Part shown: one piece after another, positions 11,761 through 24,680 of the stretch
Layout of the letters: every line of letters starts with the position of its first letter
Numbering within the stretch: position 1 is the first letter of the stretch
Assembly (NCBI RefSeq): GCF_036321535.1
Contig: NC_087437.1
Span: 119,290,001 to 119,354,000, forward strand
Direction of reading: 5' to 3'
Source of the DNA: Camelus dromedarius
Taxonomy: Eukaryota
Length of the DNA: 64,000 nucleotides
Notes under the pieces: model-generated
Database searches by the model: none
What the model saw: the letters and a program-made list of their open reading frames with translations, nothing else
What the model was told of the DNA's origin: nothing
Position numbers and translations under genes: made by a program

Positions 11761-13084
11761 TACTCCTCACTTAGACAACAGCTTAAAGCCATTCCAGACA
11801 AAAATCATCAGATCTGGAAGGGTGCAGATGGAACTGTTCCTGGAGAGCATGCTGAGGGCAGCTAGTATGCACAGTGTGAAACGGAGTCAGTCTAAGGTGC
11901 TGTCTGGGATGGTCCTGAGCGTGAGATAAAAAACAGTGATGCAGACGAACAAAAAAGGTCATGAAATAAAGGCAGAATTCCTGATGTGATAAGACCTGTG
12001 TGATGATAAACTGATAGAAGTAATTTGCTCAAAATCACATATATTCACGTTTGAAAATAATTATGGGAATACAAAAGCCAGGGAAACTATAAATTGGTAC
12101 ACATAGAAAAATGCAAGGAAATTCACACGAATCTAAAAATAGGACATTAGGAGATGTTGCTAAGTAGAGAGATATTAAACTTGGGTGAGGTGGAAAGTTT
12201 CTGGATGTGCTCTGTGCGGAACCGAGGACGAGGGTTGCCGGATCTGAAGAAGCAGTTACTGGCCAAGCGGTGGTGCCTGGCTCCCGGGTAGATCTCAGAG
12301 TAACGCGACTCACGCCAGGTGGGGTGGGTCTGATCCCTCAAACTGGGAAGAACCACTCCTCTGATGCTTTACTGAAGTAACCCTGATTCTGGTTCACCCT
12401 AGGAGCTCAATATCATATTTGGTAGTGAAATTTGTTCCTGAATTACGGTAATTATAAATTTGAGAACAGAGTTGTAATGACAGGGGAAATGGAGATTCGT
12501 GGACAATCAGGAAATTCTTTTCTGGGTTCTGCAATACAGTAATGACCCAGATGGTTTTACACAGAATAGTGGGAACTCTGAGAAGGATCTTACAGCACCT
12601 GCAACGGACCCTCTGTGTTCCTCGGTTTGGGCACAAGGTGTGTGAGTGCAGCATGCTCTCGCTCCAGAGCAGATGAGCTGGAAAACTCCAGTCCATTCAT
12701 CAAAGGCCACCACTGGGTGTTGCTTCTCTGATCCTTCCAAGTGACCTAGGACACTCCTCTCCTAAAGAAATGTGGGTTTACGCTCAGACGTTGTGAGCTC
12801 TGCAAGGGCAGAGCCCACATCTTCCCTGATTCCTTTACTTCTCAGCTTGAAGTTGCCAGGCTGGTGGGTGCCTGGCCCCAGGGGACCTCCATTAGCAGTG
12901 GATGGAATGGGATTCTCCTTCCAGAGGGGAGCAGGGACTTCCTGTGCTTCTGAGTCTCTTCCCCTCCACCCCAGGGCACTCATGGTAATTACATGTCCTG
13001 CCCCGCCAGTGGGGAGGACCACGTGACCAGCTACGGCTGGCGGGTTATGAGTGAAGGTGACGTTTGTCACCTGATTGTTCAACA

Positions 13085-13290
13085 GCTTTATTCAGGTGCT
13101 CGATGAGTGTTTAGTGACCATGTGCCAAGTGGTGGCGGTGCTCTGTGCTGCTGGGGGATTGCAGGGTATTGCTCGTGGGGTGCACCCTGCTGGCTGCTGG
13201 GGTGCAGAGATGTGCAAGGCTCAGGCCCTGCCCTAGAGGAGCTCAACTGGTCAGTGGCATACCTGAGGTCATCAGCACAAAATAGTGTGA
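13085..13290 (-). mobile_element. L2 3' end
   Basis: 'tgtttagtgaccatgtgccaag...ctgtgctgctggggattgcag...ggccctgccctagaggagctca'. Confidence 0.55.
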
Positions 13291-15224
13291 TAGCGACCCT
13301 TGAAAGGTGTCTGTGCCCCCATCTCTGTTTCACACCCCTCCCCTCCGGGCACTCCTCAGTCTGCTCCAGTCTTCCTCAGTCTCCACCACTTGCCAAGGTC
13401 ACCTCCGTGTGACCAAGCCCAGTGGTCACTTGTCTTCATTCATTCATTCTTCTGTGCCTCCTACATCTGGGCGCTGCTCTAACCCTCAGGCCCTATCAGT
13501 AAGCAAAGCCCCTGCCGTCACATGGTCTACACGGCGCTTGTGTGGACCCAGCAGGGCCCAGGAGTGGGAGGGCGGAGCCTGGTCGGGATAGGGGCTCTGT
13601 GAGCACGTGCCCAGGGGCCTGGTCTTCCCTCGGGCGACAAGGACCCAAGGTGAAGTTTTACCATCGGGAGAGACACATCCAGCTTGTGAGCCTAGGTGTT
13701 CCGCGGAGGATGGGAGGTGAGGGAAGAGGCAAGAAGCTGGGGCTCTTCTGCAGTGTTTGCCACGAGAAATGGAAAGAGCCTGGAAGAAGACAGCAGCAGT
13801 GGTAACTGATGCCAGGTTCCAGGAGGGAGATTCTAGGGCACGGTGACTCACCGGCTTTGCCGGTTGGGGAGGAAGGGTGGAGCCTGGCCTGGTTTCAGGC
13901 TTGGGACCGGGTGTTCCCTAGGGCCCAGCCCACGATCGCTGCTCCCCTTCCTTCACTTTCCTTCTTCATGCCCTCCTGCAAGCTTTTAGCTCCACTCAAC
14001 GCTGCCCCGCAGCCCACCGTTCCTGCCTGTCGAGTCTTGGCTATGGCTGCATTTATCAGTCCTGGAGTTAACCCTCTGTGGCACAGTCCATCCAGGGAGG
14101 AGCTTTTGTCTCAGATGGGGAGGGCTCAGCTGTATTACACACATGCTAAGAAGGGCTTAGTTGTCTGTCGATGGTGCTTTTAAACCTGTTCTTGAGGCAC
14201 AAGTCCTGCCATGGTCTGGGTGGGTGGCTTCCCAGGGCACGCGGAAGTCCAGGCCATGCTGTTCGAATGCAAAAAGAAGCAATGGATGGGAAGTGTGACT
14301 TTTTACAATGGAGAGGGACTAGTGAGGTCGTGAGTGCCCTGGGAAATCAGGGGCATGTGGCGGATGCCAGTGTTCACCTGACAACGCGGGCGGATGCACC
14401 CGGGTCTGCAGACAGTCTCGGGTTTGAAGAACGATGCAGTTGGAGGACAAGAGACCCAAGCCAGGGCCTCCCAAAAGGGGTGCAGCTGAGTGGGGCCCGC
14501 AATGTGGAAGGTTGGTCTCAGGGCCTTGGGGACAGGTGAACGGGCAGGTTCTGGAACCCTGGGATTGGGGCTGGTTCATCAACTGGGGGAGAAGGTCCTC
14601 CAGGGTCATCAGTCACTGAGGTGAAGGGGCCCCCAGGACAGTGCAGGGTGTAGCCCCCACCCCAGCATTTTACACAGGGCGGATTACAAGGACAAAGTAC
14701 AGGCACCTGTAGGTAGCTGGAGGAATGCTATGTCATAATAGGTACCACCAGGTCTGGCTGGGCTGGGGAAGGGCGGGGTGTTGTTGCCACGCAACGAGCC
14801 CCTGTGTCCCCCACCTCCCTATCCCCAAGCTGGGTCCCACGCATTGACACAAGCCTGAGCTGAGGGCCCGGCACCGCGTGGGACTGCCACGGTGGGCCTA
14901 AGGTCCCAGCCCGGCTTGCAGTGAGCCCACAAGGGCCCTGGGAGGCTGATCCCAGAGAGCAGCCCCGAGCTACGGGGTCTCTGGGTCCAAAGGGGGGGGG
15001 GGGGCGGCGGCGTCTGGGAGGAGAGGACCAGGAACAAGCAGCCCACGAGAAGAACCTCAAGGTGGGGTGGGGCTTCAACAGGGGGAGTTAGGAACGTCCT
15101 GCTGTCTCTGGACCTTCGCAGCTCAGGCCTGTGTCTCTGGGCTCTGAGGCCCGCAGGCAGGTCGAGTTGTCACCAGGTAGAGCTAACGGCAGCTCAGGTA
15201 GCTCACACAGCTGGTGTCTCTTCC

Positions 15225-15515
15225 TTCCTTCCCCCTGCAATGTCCTTCTCCCACTTAATGCTTAGTTGGCTCTTCCTCATCCTCCCAGACTCAATCTGGT
15301 GTCACCTCCTCTGGGGAGCCCTCCTTGATTTCTGCACAGAACTAAGTAGTTTTCCCTTGTTGTTCCATTGGGATTTATCAGCATACCCGGCACAACACGT
15401 ATCGCTTGGAGGCAATCACAGGTATCTTCTCACCTGTCCCCGCACATTTTCTTCCTGCCTGCAGCCCCAGGGTTTAGTGCCATGCCTGGCAGGTAGAGGA
15501 GCTCCTTGGTCTCTG
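15225..15515 (+). mobile_element. L2 3' region
   Basis: 'tcccagactcaatctggtgtcacctcctctggggagccctccttga...cccagggtttagtgccatgcctggcaggtagaggagctc'. Confidence 0.6.
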
Positions 15516-16289
15516 AGACCAGATGAGGGATGAAGAGCAAGGAGGAGTGGGGGGATATGCAGGTGGAGGGGAAGATGGGGCCAAGGGTAGATTGGCCTGG
15601 CGGACGTGGACGGAGCTTGGGAGATGGTCATAAGTTCTGATGGCTGTGGGCAGGACCAGGCAAGGCTGGGTCCCATGGTCACAGATGTAGAGGGCAGTCT
15701 GGTCCCATGTCCAGGGGTAGCCGAGAGCAGGCACGCGTGGAGCAGGGACTGGACAGAGTAGGAAGCTCTCGAGGGTTGGGGGGGGTCGGTTGAAGGTGCG
15801 GGAGGCGGGGCTGGGAAGGCGGGGATTGGGTGGGGGCCAGGGTGGAAAAGAAGGGCAGAGTGTGTGCTGTCAGGTCCAACCTGGAGTCTTTCATGGTCCT
15901 GCGTGGTGACTGGACGTAGTAGCTGAATAGTAGCCAGGTGCGTGAGTTCACACCCCCGTGATGCGGCTGACTCACTTTCAAGTCCTGGCATTGTGATGGC
16001 TGCAAGGTGTCTCACGGGGAATAACCTTGGAAACCACAGCCCTGCGGAGAGGATGCTTCCAGATCCAGGGGCTCAGATGCAGAAATGGAAGAGCTCTACC
16101 CAGAGCTGTGCAGAGGCGAGTGGCCTGTTTTTTGAGACCTCTGTTTCCCCTGCACGTGTGTACAGGTGATTTCTCAGGTCCCCAGAGAGCAGCCGGGGCT
16201 TGGCCCTGGGGGGTCCTGGGGTCCTGCTCTGCTTCCTGCCTCCTTCACGCTGGCCCGGAGGACACCACATCCCCAGGAGCAGCTTTGAG

Positions 16290-16727
16290 CAGGGAGTGAG
16301 TGGAACTGTGTCTCCAGATATTCCTAACCTCTGAACTTGTGAACGTGACCTTATTTGGAAATGGGGTCTTTGCAGATGTAATCAAGTTAAGTCGAGGTCA
16401 TCTTGGAGTAGAGTGGGCCCTCAGTCCAATGACTGGTGTCTTTATGAGATGAGAGCAATTTGGAGACATACAGATGTGGGGGGAGGAGCCGTGGGAAGAC
16501 ATAGGCAGAGATTAGGGAGGCAGCCACGAGCCAAGGAGAGCCGAGGCCTGCTGGCAGGAGCGGGGAGAGACACGGAGGGAGTCTTCCCTAGAGTCTTCAG
16601 AGGGTGCAGTCCTGCCAACACCTTGATTTTTGGACTTCTGGCCTCCAGAACTGTGAGAGAATACCTTTCTGTGGTTTTAAGCCATGAAGTTTGAGCTTGT
16701 TAGAGTGACCCCAGGAAACAAATACAG
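16290..16727 (+). mobile_element. MaLR solo LTR (MLT1B/C-like)
   Basis: 'gtgaccttatttggaaatggggtctttgcagatgtaatcaagttaag...ggacttctggcctccagaactgtgagagaata...ggaaacaaataca'. Confidence 0.9.
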
Positions 16728-16739
16728 GAAGAACCAGTA

Positions 16740-16920
16740 GTGCTGGAAAATGAGGCTCTGGGTCCAAACTGAGTCAAATCCCAACCCTGCCAAGGATGAG
16801 CTGTGTGACCATGAGTGAGATACTTAACCTCTCTGTTCCTTGGTCTCCCCAGAGTTGTTGAAGGGCTGAGTTAACAAGACTCAAGTGTTAGACAGTGAAC
16901 AGGTGCCCAGCCTGACGTAA
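16740..16920 (+). mobile_element. MIR SINE
   Basis: 'agctgtgtgaccatgagtgagatacttaacctctctgttcct'. Confidence 0.7.
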
Positions 16921-17023
16921 GCTCCTCAGAGGACGAGTTACGTGTTTCAGAATTTACGTTTCCTGTTCAGTTCAGCACTGGTGCTTGCTCTCAGGGCATA
17001 GCCCTGTTCTGTGCTGTCTTCCC

Positions 17024-17455
17024 TGTATGCGTTCTATAGTGCCGCAGAGCGGGCGGCCTAAACGAGAGGACTTTCTGCTCTCACAGTTCGGGGCCAGAGG
17101 CCCAAAATCAAGGAGGCCGCAGGGCCGTGCCCCTCTGAAGACTCTAGGGGAGTCTCCCGGCTCTGGGGTGGCCACCATTCTGGACTCTCCTTGGCTTATA
17201 GACACAACACTCCCATCTCTGCCCCTCATGTCACACATCCTTCTCCCTGTGTCCCTTCTGTGTCTTCATCTCTGTCTCTCTCTGTCCTATGTTGCCAGTC
17301 ATTAGATTAGAGACCACCTCGCTCCAGGATGACCTCATCTTAACTTGATGACATCTGCAAAGACCCTGCTTCCAAATAAGGTCACATTCACGGGTACTGG
17401 GGTCAGGACTTCAACATATCTTTGGGAGATGGGGACACAATTCAGCCCCCAACAC
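17024..17455 (-). mobile_element. MaLR solo LTR (MLT1B/C-like)
   Basis: 'ctcatcttaacttgatgacatctgcaaagaccctgcttccaaataaggtcacattcacgggtactggggtcaggacttcaacatatc'. Confidence 0.9.
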
Positions 17456-17779
17456 TGCCTCTTGTGAAAACGTCTAAAAAGTGTGGGGAATATTTTCTCT
17501 TCAGGCACTTGAAATAAAAAGTTTTTAAAAATGTATTTCACAAGTGAGCCTTGGGCAACCCCTGAGGCGTGTGTTAGAGCGGATGCTGCGGGCCGGCTGC
17601 TCCCGTGTGAAGCTTCATTAACAGTCCCGCGGAGCACAGAAATTAAACCGCCTGTACGTGCACAGAAACTTCCTGTATTTTGACTTTATGGGATTCACTC
17701 TTGTTCATTCTTCAAATATTCATTGCATCCCTCTGCATTCTACGATCTCTGAAAGATAAAACGGAGTATAAGGACCTGG

Positions 17780-18150
17780 TCCTCGCCCCCATCACCTCCT
17801 CGGACGCACCGGTCAGGAGCAGGTGGCGGGAGCCGCGCGCCCGAGCGCCACCGCACGTGTCCTCTAACTCTGGTCCGGCTTTTTCCGGCGTGAACTTGCC
17901 CTGAGCTCCTTTCCCCTCTCAACCTCCCGTTTCCCGCATCAGATCCAGGTGGCTCCCCACAGCGCACGCGGGCGGCAGGCGCCCGCCGGCTGAGCTTCCA
18001 CTGGTGTCTTGCTTGCGGCCGGGTCTGGCGGAGCCGCGAGCGCGTTGTCCCCGCGCCGGGGGGCCCGGCCGGGGGGCCCGGCCGGCGGTTCCCAGCGCCG
18101 CTGCTCCGGCGGCCAGCCGGCGCGGTCTCCCAGGGCGCGATGCCGTTCGG
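17780..18150. promoter_or_regulatory. Small orphan CpG-rich island
   Basis: Dense CpGs with a CACGTG at 17854-17859 and a tandem ggggcccggccg; no associated gene found. Confidence 0.55.
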
Positions 18151-18254
18151 CATCTTTGTGCAGGGGAAACTGGCCAAGGTCGTGTGACTAAGGGGTGTCA
18201 GCCATTTAAAAATCTCAAACGAGTGCCGTTTTGCAAGGGAAACAATAAATACAG

Positions 18255-18673
18255 TGTGTGAGGGTTCTCCAGAGAAACATTACTGATACCACCAACCAAC
18301 AGGGTGACTGTGTGTGTTTGAGAGAGAAATACTCGTTCTGAGGAACTATCTGACACAATTATGGGTGCTGGCAAACCCAAAATCTGCAGGATGAACCGGC
18401 AGACCAGGGACTCAGGAAAGAGCTGCAGTGTGAGTCCAAGTCAAAATCCTCTTCCCTGGGGGGGAGTCAGTCTGTTTCGTCTTCAACTGATTGGATGAGA
18501 CACACCCCGCCCCTTCCCCAAATACAGAAGGCAAGCTGCTTTATTCAAAAGTCTACTGAGTAAATGTTAAGCTCATCTCAGAAATACCTTCTCAGAAACA
18601 TCTAGAATAATGTTTGATGGAACATCTGGGTACCAGAGCCTCGCCAAGCTGACGCATAAAATGAACCATCACG
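18255..18673 (-). mobile_element. ERVL solo LTR (MLT2-like)
   Basis: 'gagggttctccagagaaac...cttcaactgattggatgag...aagctgacgcataaaatgaaccatcac', the reverse complement of the MLT2 start. Confidence 0.85.
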
Positions 18674-19124
18674 TATGACTCAGCTAGTTTTTAACTGAGT
18701 TTTCTTTTTAAAGACGAGTTAAGTTTTTGTAAGCTTCCCAATTAAAACGAACCAAGTGAGAATGAGAATAAACAAGCCACACTGTTGGAAATGATGACAC
18801 GTTGGTTTCCAGACCTTGGACGTGACGACTCTGCGAGACGGATGCAGTGGCTGTAACGCTGTGTCATCAATGAGCATCATGTCTTCAGTCCCCCCCACGT
18901 CCAAGTCCAAATGACCGGGTGTGGACATAACTCATGCTTCTTCATTTATCTTTGTCTTTTTCCTTACTGTTTTTTCCCTGATGAGGATGAAAATACAATG
19001 GAATTAATGATAATTAACGATAACATGGTAGTTCCTAAGCCCTACGGTGGTCTAAGGGGCCACACGTGCCAATGACGGGCCAGTGCACTGGACACATCTG
19101 TAACAGGCTGGATGCCTGACAGAT

Positions 19125-19297
19125 CTGAGCAGGAACGTGCTACGGGGCTGTTGAGTCATTCCTGGGTGTGGGGGCTGTCCTGTGCATTGTAGGAAGTTGA
19201 ACAGCATCCCTGGTCCTACACCCATGAGATGTCAGGAGCAACCCCTCCAGTTCTGACCACCAAAAACATCTCCAGATGTTTCCCAATGTCCCCTGGC
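19125..19297. mobile_element. MER20 (hAT-Charlie) DNA transposon
   Basis: 'ggggctgtcctgtgcattgtaggaagttgaacagcatccctggtcctacacccatgagatg...accaaaaacatctccaga...aatgtcccctgg'. Confidence 0.85.
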
Positions 19298-20037
19298 TGG
19301 AGAGGGCCCCAGAGCATCAGGTGGGGACAACAGGAGCCAGGCTGCATGGTGGTGGTGGGGAGCAGGAGGAGCCTGGGGGTCACTGCAGGCTGAAGCTAGG
19401 AGGCCGCACAGACTGAGCACAGGGGAGACAATGACATTGGTGGAGGGTAGCAAGCCGTGGCAAATGTGGATGAGAGCCCAGATGCAGCAGGGCATGCGGC
19501 TTTCATTCTGGGAGCCTGTATGTGGTTCCAGGGGCCTGTAGTGGTCCATTATGGGTCCAGCCCTGCCCTTCCCATCCAGAGCCTCAGGGTGGCCTTGCCA
19601 CAGGGCCCCTGTGGCCTTCACTGCCTTAGGAACTTGGTTAAGACCAGCCCAAATCCGGCCACCCTGAGGGCTCAGCACCAGGCAAGTGAAGGTTCCAGGG
19701 ATTCTAAATGCACCAACTCCGTGGTCTCCACACTTCCCTCCCCTCAAGAGAGCATGAGAATAAAGAGCTGAGAGCACTCTACTGAGCTGTCCCCAGCGTC
19801 CAGGGGAGGACTTCACGTACTCACAAGTGGTCCACCTGCCCGGACACTGGGATCTTTATCCTGAGGAGCCTTCCCGGGATGACTACACATGTCCTCTAGA
19901 GTTTCAGGGCTGCTCTGGGAATCACAGAGGTGACATGAAGGAAAATGACTAGAACTGACAGGTTGAAATGCCTCCCATGTGTGCCCCACCCTGCCACACA
20001 TTAGCAACTGGAATCAGAAAACATAGAGCTTCCATTT

Positions 20038-20900
20038 CTAAAAATGGGCTGAGCAGACAACAAAGAAGAGATATAGGTCCCAAATAAACGCATGAAAAGA
20101 TGCTCAACACCTTTAGTCATTAGAGAAATGAACAGTAAGGTGATGAGATACCACCTCACACCATTAGAATGAGATGAAAAATAGTGACAGGATCAGCGTC
20201 AGCAGGATGCAGAGCAACTGGGACTCACACAGAGCTGGTGGGGGTGTGGAGTGGTCCCGCCACTTTGGAAAACAATTTGGCACTTTCTTCTGCAGTTAAG
20301 CATTTGCTTTCCTCAGGGACCCATCCATGCCATTCCCAGGTGTTTACCCAAGGGAAAAGGAAGCATCTAGCACCTTATCCCCTCACCTGGGGACAACCCA
20401 AATGGGACATTAGCTGGCATTGGGTAAAGAAGCAGTGGCACATCATACAATGGAACATGACTGAGCAGTAAACAGTCACCAACCCCGGGACACGATGACC
20501 TCAAAAGCATTATGCTCATGAAAGAAGCCAGACAGTGAAAGCTACATCCTGTATGAGTCTATTTATATGACTTTCTGGAAAAGGCAAAAATATAGGGACA
20601 TAACTCGGGGGTGCTGAGGGTGGGGGGATGTGAGGGAACTCTGGGGTGATGGGAAGGCTCTCTGCCTTGACCGTGGTGGTGGTAACGTGGCTGGCTGTGT
20701 TGTCAACACTTATGAGTGGCACGCTGGAAAAGGATGAACGTTTTTATTGCGATATAACTGACATAACACATCATATTAGCTTCAGCTGTAATTGACGTTT
20801 ATCACCGTGTTAATTTCAGGTGTAGAACATAATATTGGATATATACATATACTGCAAAATGAGTGAATTTTATCGTGTGTACAATGTATCAATACATTCA
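20038..20900 (+). mobile_element. Old L1M (L1MC/ME-like) 3' region, interrupted at ~20741-20860 by a younger antisense L1 3' end
   Basis: 'catgaaaagatgctcaacacc...gaaagaagccagacagtgaaagctacatcctgtatgagtctatttatatga'; the internal T-rich insert starts 'tttttattgcgatataactgacataacac'. Confidence 0.75.
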
Positions 20901-20964
20901 TCCTGAAGAGAAAAACATGAAGGATACAGAGCAAGCTCTCCTTCCAAAGGTGCAAAGACTTGTG

Positions 20965-21306
20965 GAGCCAGAAAAAGAAAGAAAAATACCATGTGATATC
21001 ACTTCTACGTGGAATCTTAAAAAATGACACAGTTGAGCTTATTTATAAAACAGAAACAGACTGACAGATATAGAAACAAACTTACGGTTACCGGGGAGGG
21101 AGAAGGTGGGGTATCTGCAGATGCTAACTGCTATGTATAAAATACACACTGTATAGCACAGGGACTGATATTCAATGCCTTGTAATAGCTTATAATGAAA
21201 AAGAATATGAAAGGGAACATACATATGTATATGTATAACTGAATCACCATTCTGTACACCAGAAACTAACACAACATTGCAAATCGACTATACTCCAATA
21301 AAAAAA
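20965..21306 (+). mobile_element. 5'-truncated artiodactyl/camelid L1 3' end
   Basis: Colinear with 8946-9327; ends in poly-A. Confidence 0.9.
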
Positions 21307-21384
21307 GAGAGTTGGTGAATGTAATGTTAAAAAAAGGATGTCAAGACTCAAGGTCGCACGGGCCTGATCCTTCTGAAATCTTGC

Positions 21385-21854
21385 TGTTGAAAGGGAGCAG
21401 GCTTTGCCACCCCAAAATTCGCCACTGCCATGTGAGGCTTATTTTGAGCTAAACTCAACAAACCCCCCAGCAGATTCAGGAAAAGCTCCATCCCCCCACC
21501 TCAACTACTTCCACTGGAGGGGGACCTGCAGGAAGAGAGCTCTCACCAGGGACACCTTTCTGTCTGGGAAAGTTACCTGCGTAACAGGGCAACCTTTGTA
21601 TTCCAAACCTCTCTGCTTTCCTGGGAAGGGTGCTCCTCCCTGGAGCCCCCAGACCCTCCCCCTTTCCTCAGCTCAGATGCTGCGTCGGCTTCAGTTACCT
21701 CGCTGCCTTTGGAGCCTTCTACCTTTTGGGGGCTCTCCTACGTAAGTCATTTTATTTACTTGTTTCTCCCATGAATCCGTTTTATATGGATTTAATGATC
21801 AGACCAGCCAGAGAACCTACAAGGGCAGAAGGGAGGACTTCCTCGTCCTGCACG
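21385..21854 (+). mobile_element. ERV1-class solo LTR (MER34/MER39-like)
   Basis: Starts TGTTG...'gccaccccaaaattcgccactgccatgtgaggcttattttgagctaa' and ends 'ttcctcgtcctgcacg'; imperfect 4-bp TSD ttgc/atgc. Confidence 0.7.
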
Positions 21855-22472
21855 ATGCTCCCCTGAGAAGCCCCACGAAGGACAAAGTTCGGAGCAATCC
21901 CTCCTGAATCTTTCTGTTTCTGGGTTTTGGGTTTAGGGCGTGAGTCACCTGACCTGTGTAAACATAAGAGGCGGGAAAGCTTGAGGCGGCCTGAGCTGGC
22001 TTCTGTCATACAAGGATCCTTCCTCCGAGTCTGCTGAACCTTCAGTCCAGACACTTAATTTTTCCATAAACAGGGATGTTAGGAAACAACATTTCTGGCG
22101 ATCATTGCTTGTGGAGACCCGTTCTCTCTAGATACTTCTATACGCAGAAATGTGAAAGATGAGATCTGTTACTCATTTTGGTGACTATTTTGGAAGTGAA
22201 GGGTCAAAACGTTCACCAATGCTATGATGTTTATACACCTTGAACTATTAGTTGGAAGAATGACATCCATTAGGAACCTACATTCAACCCTGAGCCTCAG
22301 AATGGGGGAAAAGCCAGATGGGTGTGATGGGGCGGGGCTGGGCCCTGCTTCCCTGGGAGAAGAATGGTCTGTCCCTTGGGTCCCTGGCACGGCTTGGGAG
22401 AGGGCAGGGCACTGGGCTCTGAAGGCCAGTCTGGGAGCCTTGAGCCCATCCTGGGTGGAGCTAAGGTTGTGA

Positions 22473-22722
22473 GCTTTTTTTACTTTGCTTTTCTTTTGTT
22501 TTCCTTTTTTACTTTCTTTCTTTTTAATTGACGTGCAATCAGTTTACAATGTTGTGTCATTTTCTGGTGTACAGCGTAATGCTTCAGCTATATACATACA
22601 TACCTAAATTCATTTTCATATTCTTTTTCACCATAATTTACTACAAGATATTTAATATAGCTCCCTGTGCTCTACAAGAGGAACTTGTTTATCTGTTTTA
22701 TATAAAGTAGTTAGTATCTGCA
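22473..22722 (-). mobile_element. Artiodactyl/camelid L1 3' end
   Basis: Reverse complement of the 9120-9327 L1 tail, with poly-T. Confidence 0.9.
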
Positions 22723-22729
22723 TGCTTTT

Positions 22730-23370
22730 TTTCATTTTAAAGACTTTATTTTTCTAGGATGGTTTTAGGTTCACAGCAATACTGAGAGGCGTCCCACACA
22801 TCCTCTGTCCCGACACAGGCACAGCCTCCCCCGCTGCCGACACCCCACCCGAGGGTGCACTTCTTACAGTCGATGAGCCTGCACTAACACGGCACTGTCA
22901 TCCAAAGTTTGTACTAGAGCCGCTCAGGGCCGAATGTCCCACGGGCCAGGACGGATGTGTGACGACCTGTGCCTGCCCTTGCACTGTCACACTGAGTAGT
23001 GTCCCTGCCCTGAAGTCCCTCTGACCTCCACCTGCTTGTCCCTCTCTCCTCCCCAGCCCCTGGCAACCACTGATTCTCTTCCTGTCTCCCTAGTTTTGCC
23101 TCTATTTCCCTTCTAAGAGAGTGTCTTAGATGGAAATCAATTGAAATTTACAGAAAAGCTGCAAGTACAGGAAGAGCACAGAGAAGGCCCACAGACCTTT
23201 GACCCCGTCAACCTGTCGTCAGGTGCGCTCCACCTGCTGGCGGCTGGGTCCCCCCTGACGTACATGCTCAGATGTGGAGCTGAATCATCTGAGACCAAGT
23301 TACACACATCATGAGCCTGACTCCAAAGTGCTTCAGTGTGCGTTTCCCCCAAATCAGAATATGCTGTCAC
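22730..23370 (-). mobile_element. Old L1M 3' fragments
   Basis: 'ttttaggttcacagcaa...ccctggcaaccactgattctct' and 'aaatttacagaaaagctgcaag'. Confidence 0.65.
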
Positions 23371-23805
23371 ATAAGCACCGAGTCAGATTCTTGGTGAGAG
23401 ATCATGAAAATTTCCTACTCCACTGGAGAACATGCCCTCTCCTTCTCCAGTCTGCCTTTCTTCCAGAAACCTTGCCCTGTCCCCTCCTACCTTTTCTGGG
23501 ATCTGCTTGAGATCTCTGTTCTGTACCTCTGGCATCTCACTATCAGATTGTCCAGCCTCAACCTGTAGCCCTGTAGAACTGCCCTATACTGTTGTACAGT
23601 CTGTGCACTGCACAAAGGGGCCGCCTTCACTCTGCTCGTGGGCTGGATGCCCATGGAGCTGCATCTGCCCAGAAGGGTGACTTTCTTTAATCCACACAAA
23701 GATATCATGTAGGCCAGGAATGGTGGGTAAACAAAAGTGTTCTAGAAGGTGGGAGTGATCTACAGGGTCCAACGTTGCATGAAGAGTCAAGAAAGAGGCT
23801 GACTG

Positions 23806-24468
23806 GAAAACAGCTTGGAGGTTTCTCAAAAAACTAAAAATAGAACTAGAATATGAGTCAGCAGTCCCACTCCTGGGTGTACACCTAAAAAAAGCAAAAA
23901 CACAAATTCAAAAAGATACATGCACACCAATGTTTATAGCAGCATTATTTACAGTTGCCAGAATATGGAAGCAAACTAAGTGTCCATCAACAGATGAATG
24001 GATAAAGAAGCTGTGATTATACACACACACACACGCACACACGGTATATACATATACATATATATATATACATATATAATAAAATACTACTCAGCCATGA
24101 AAAAGAATGAAAATTTGCCATTTGCAGCAACATGGATGGACCTGGAGGGTGTTATGCTAAGTGATATAAGTCAGGCAGAGAAAGACAAAACTGCATGTCG
24201 TCACTTATATGTGGAATGTAAAGAATACAACAAACTACTGAATATAACAAAAAAGAAGCAGGCTCACAGATACAGAGAACAAACTAGTGGTTACCAGTGG
24301 AGAGGGGGCAAGGTGATGGGGGGGAAGTGGGTGGGACAAACTACTGGGTGTAAGACAGGCTCAAGGATATGTTGTACAACATGGGGAATATAGCCAATAT
24401 TTTGTGATAACTGTAACTGGAAAATAACCTTTAAAAATTATATATAATTTTTTAATTAAAAAAAAAAA
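23806..24468 (+). mobile_element. 5'-truncated L1 (ORF2 end + 3' UTR) with internal (CA)n(TA)n microsatellite
   Basis: ORF2 C-terminal peptide (YYSAMKKNENLPFAATWMDLEGVMLSDISQ); 17-bp TSD aagaaagaggctgactg (23789-23805) / aagatagaggttgactg (24467-24483). Confidence 0.93.
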
Positions 24469-24596
24469 GATAGAGGTTGACTGAGAATTGAGCTCTGCAT
24501 TGAGCAACAGGGTCATCACTGATGACCTTGAGATTTGCTTGGCGGGGTGTGGTGGAGGTGACAGCCTGATTAAAGTTGGCTCAAGATGCCAAGAAA

Positions 24597-24680
24597 GGGG
24601 TGTGGGTATAGCTCAGTGATGAGCGTGTGCTGCATGAGGTCCTGGGTTCAATCCCCAGTACCTCCATTAAAAAAAAAAAA
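24597..24680 (+). mobile_element. tRNA-derived SINE (camelid Vic-1-like)
   Basis: 'ggtatagctcagtg...gaggtcctgggttcaatccccagtacctcc' plus poly-A. Confidence 0.88.

Noticed and set aside
18719..18928. 69-aa minus-strand ORF and a possible plus-strand terminal exon
   Set aside because: No recognisable homology and no partner exons.
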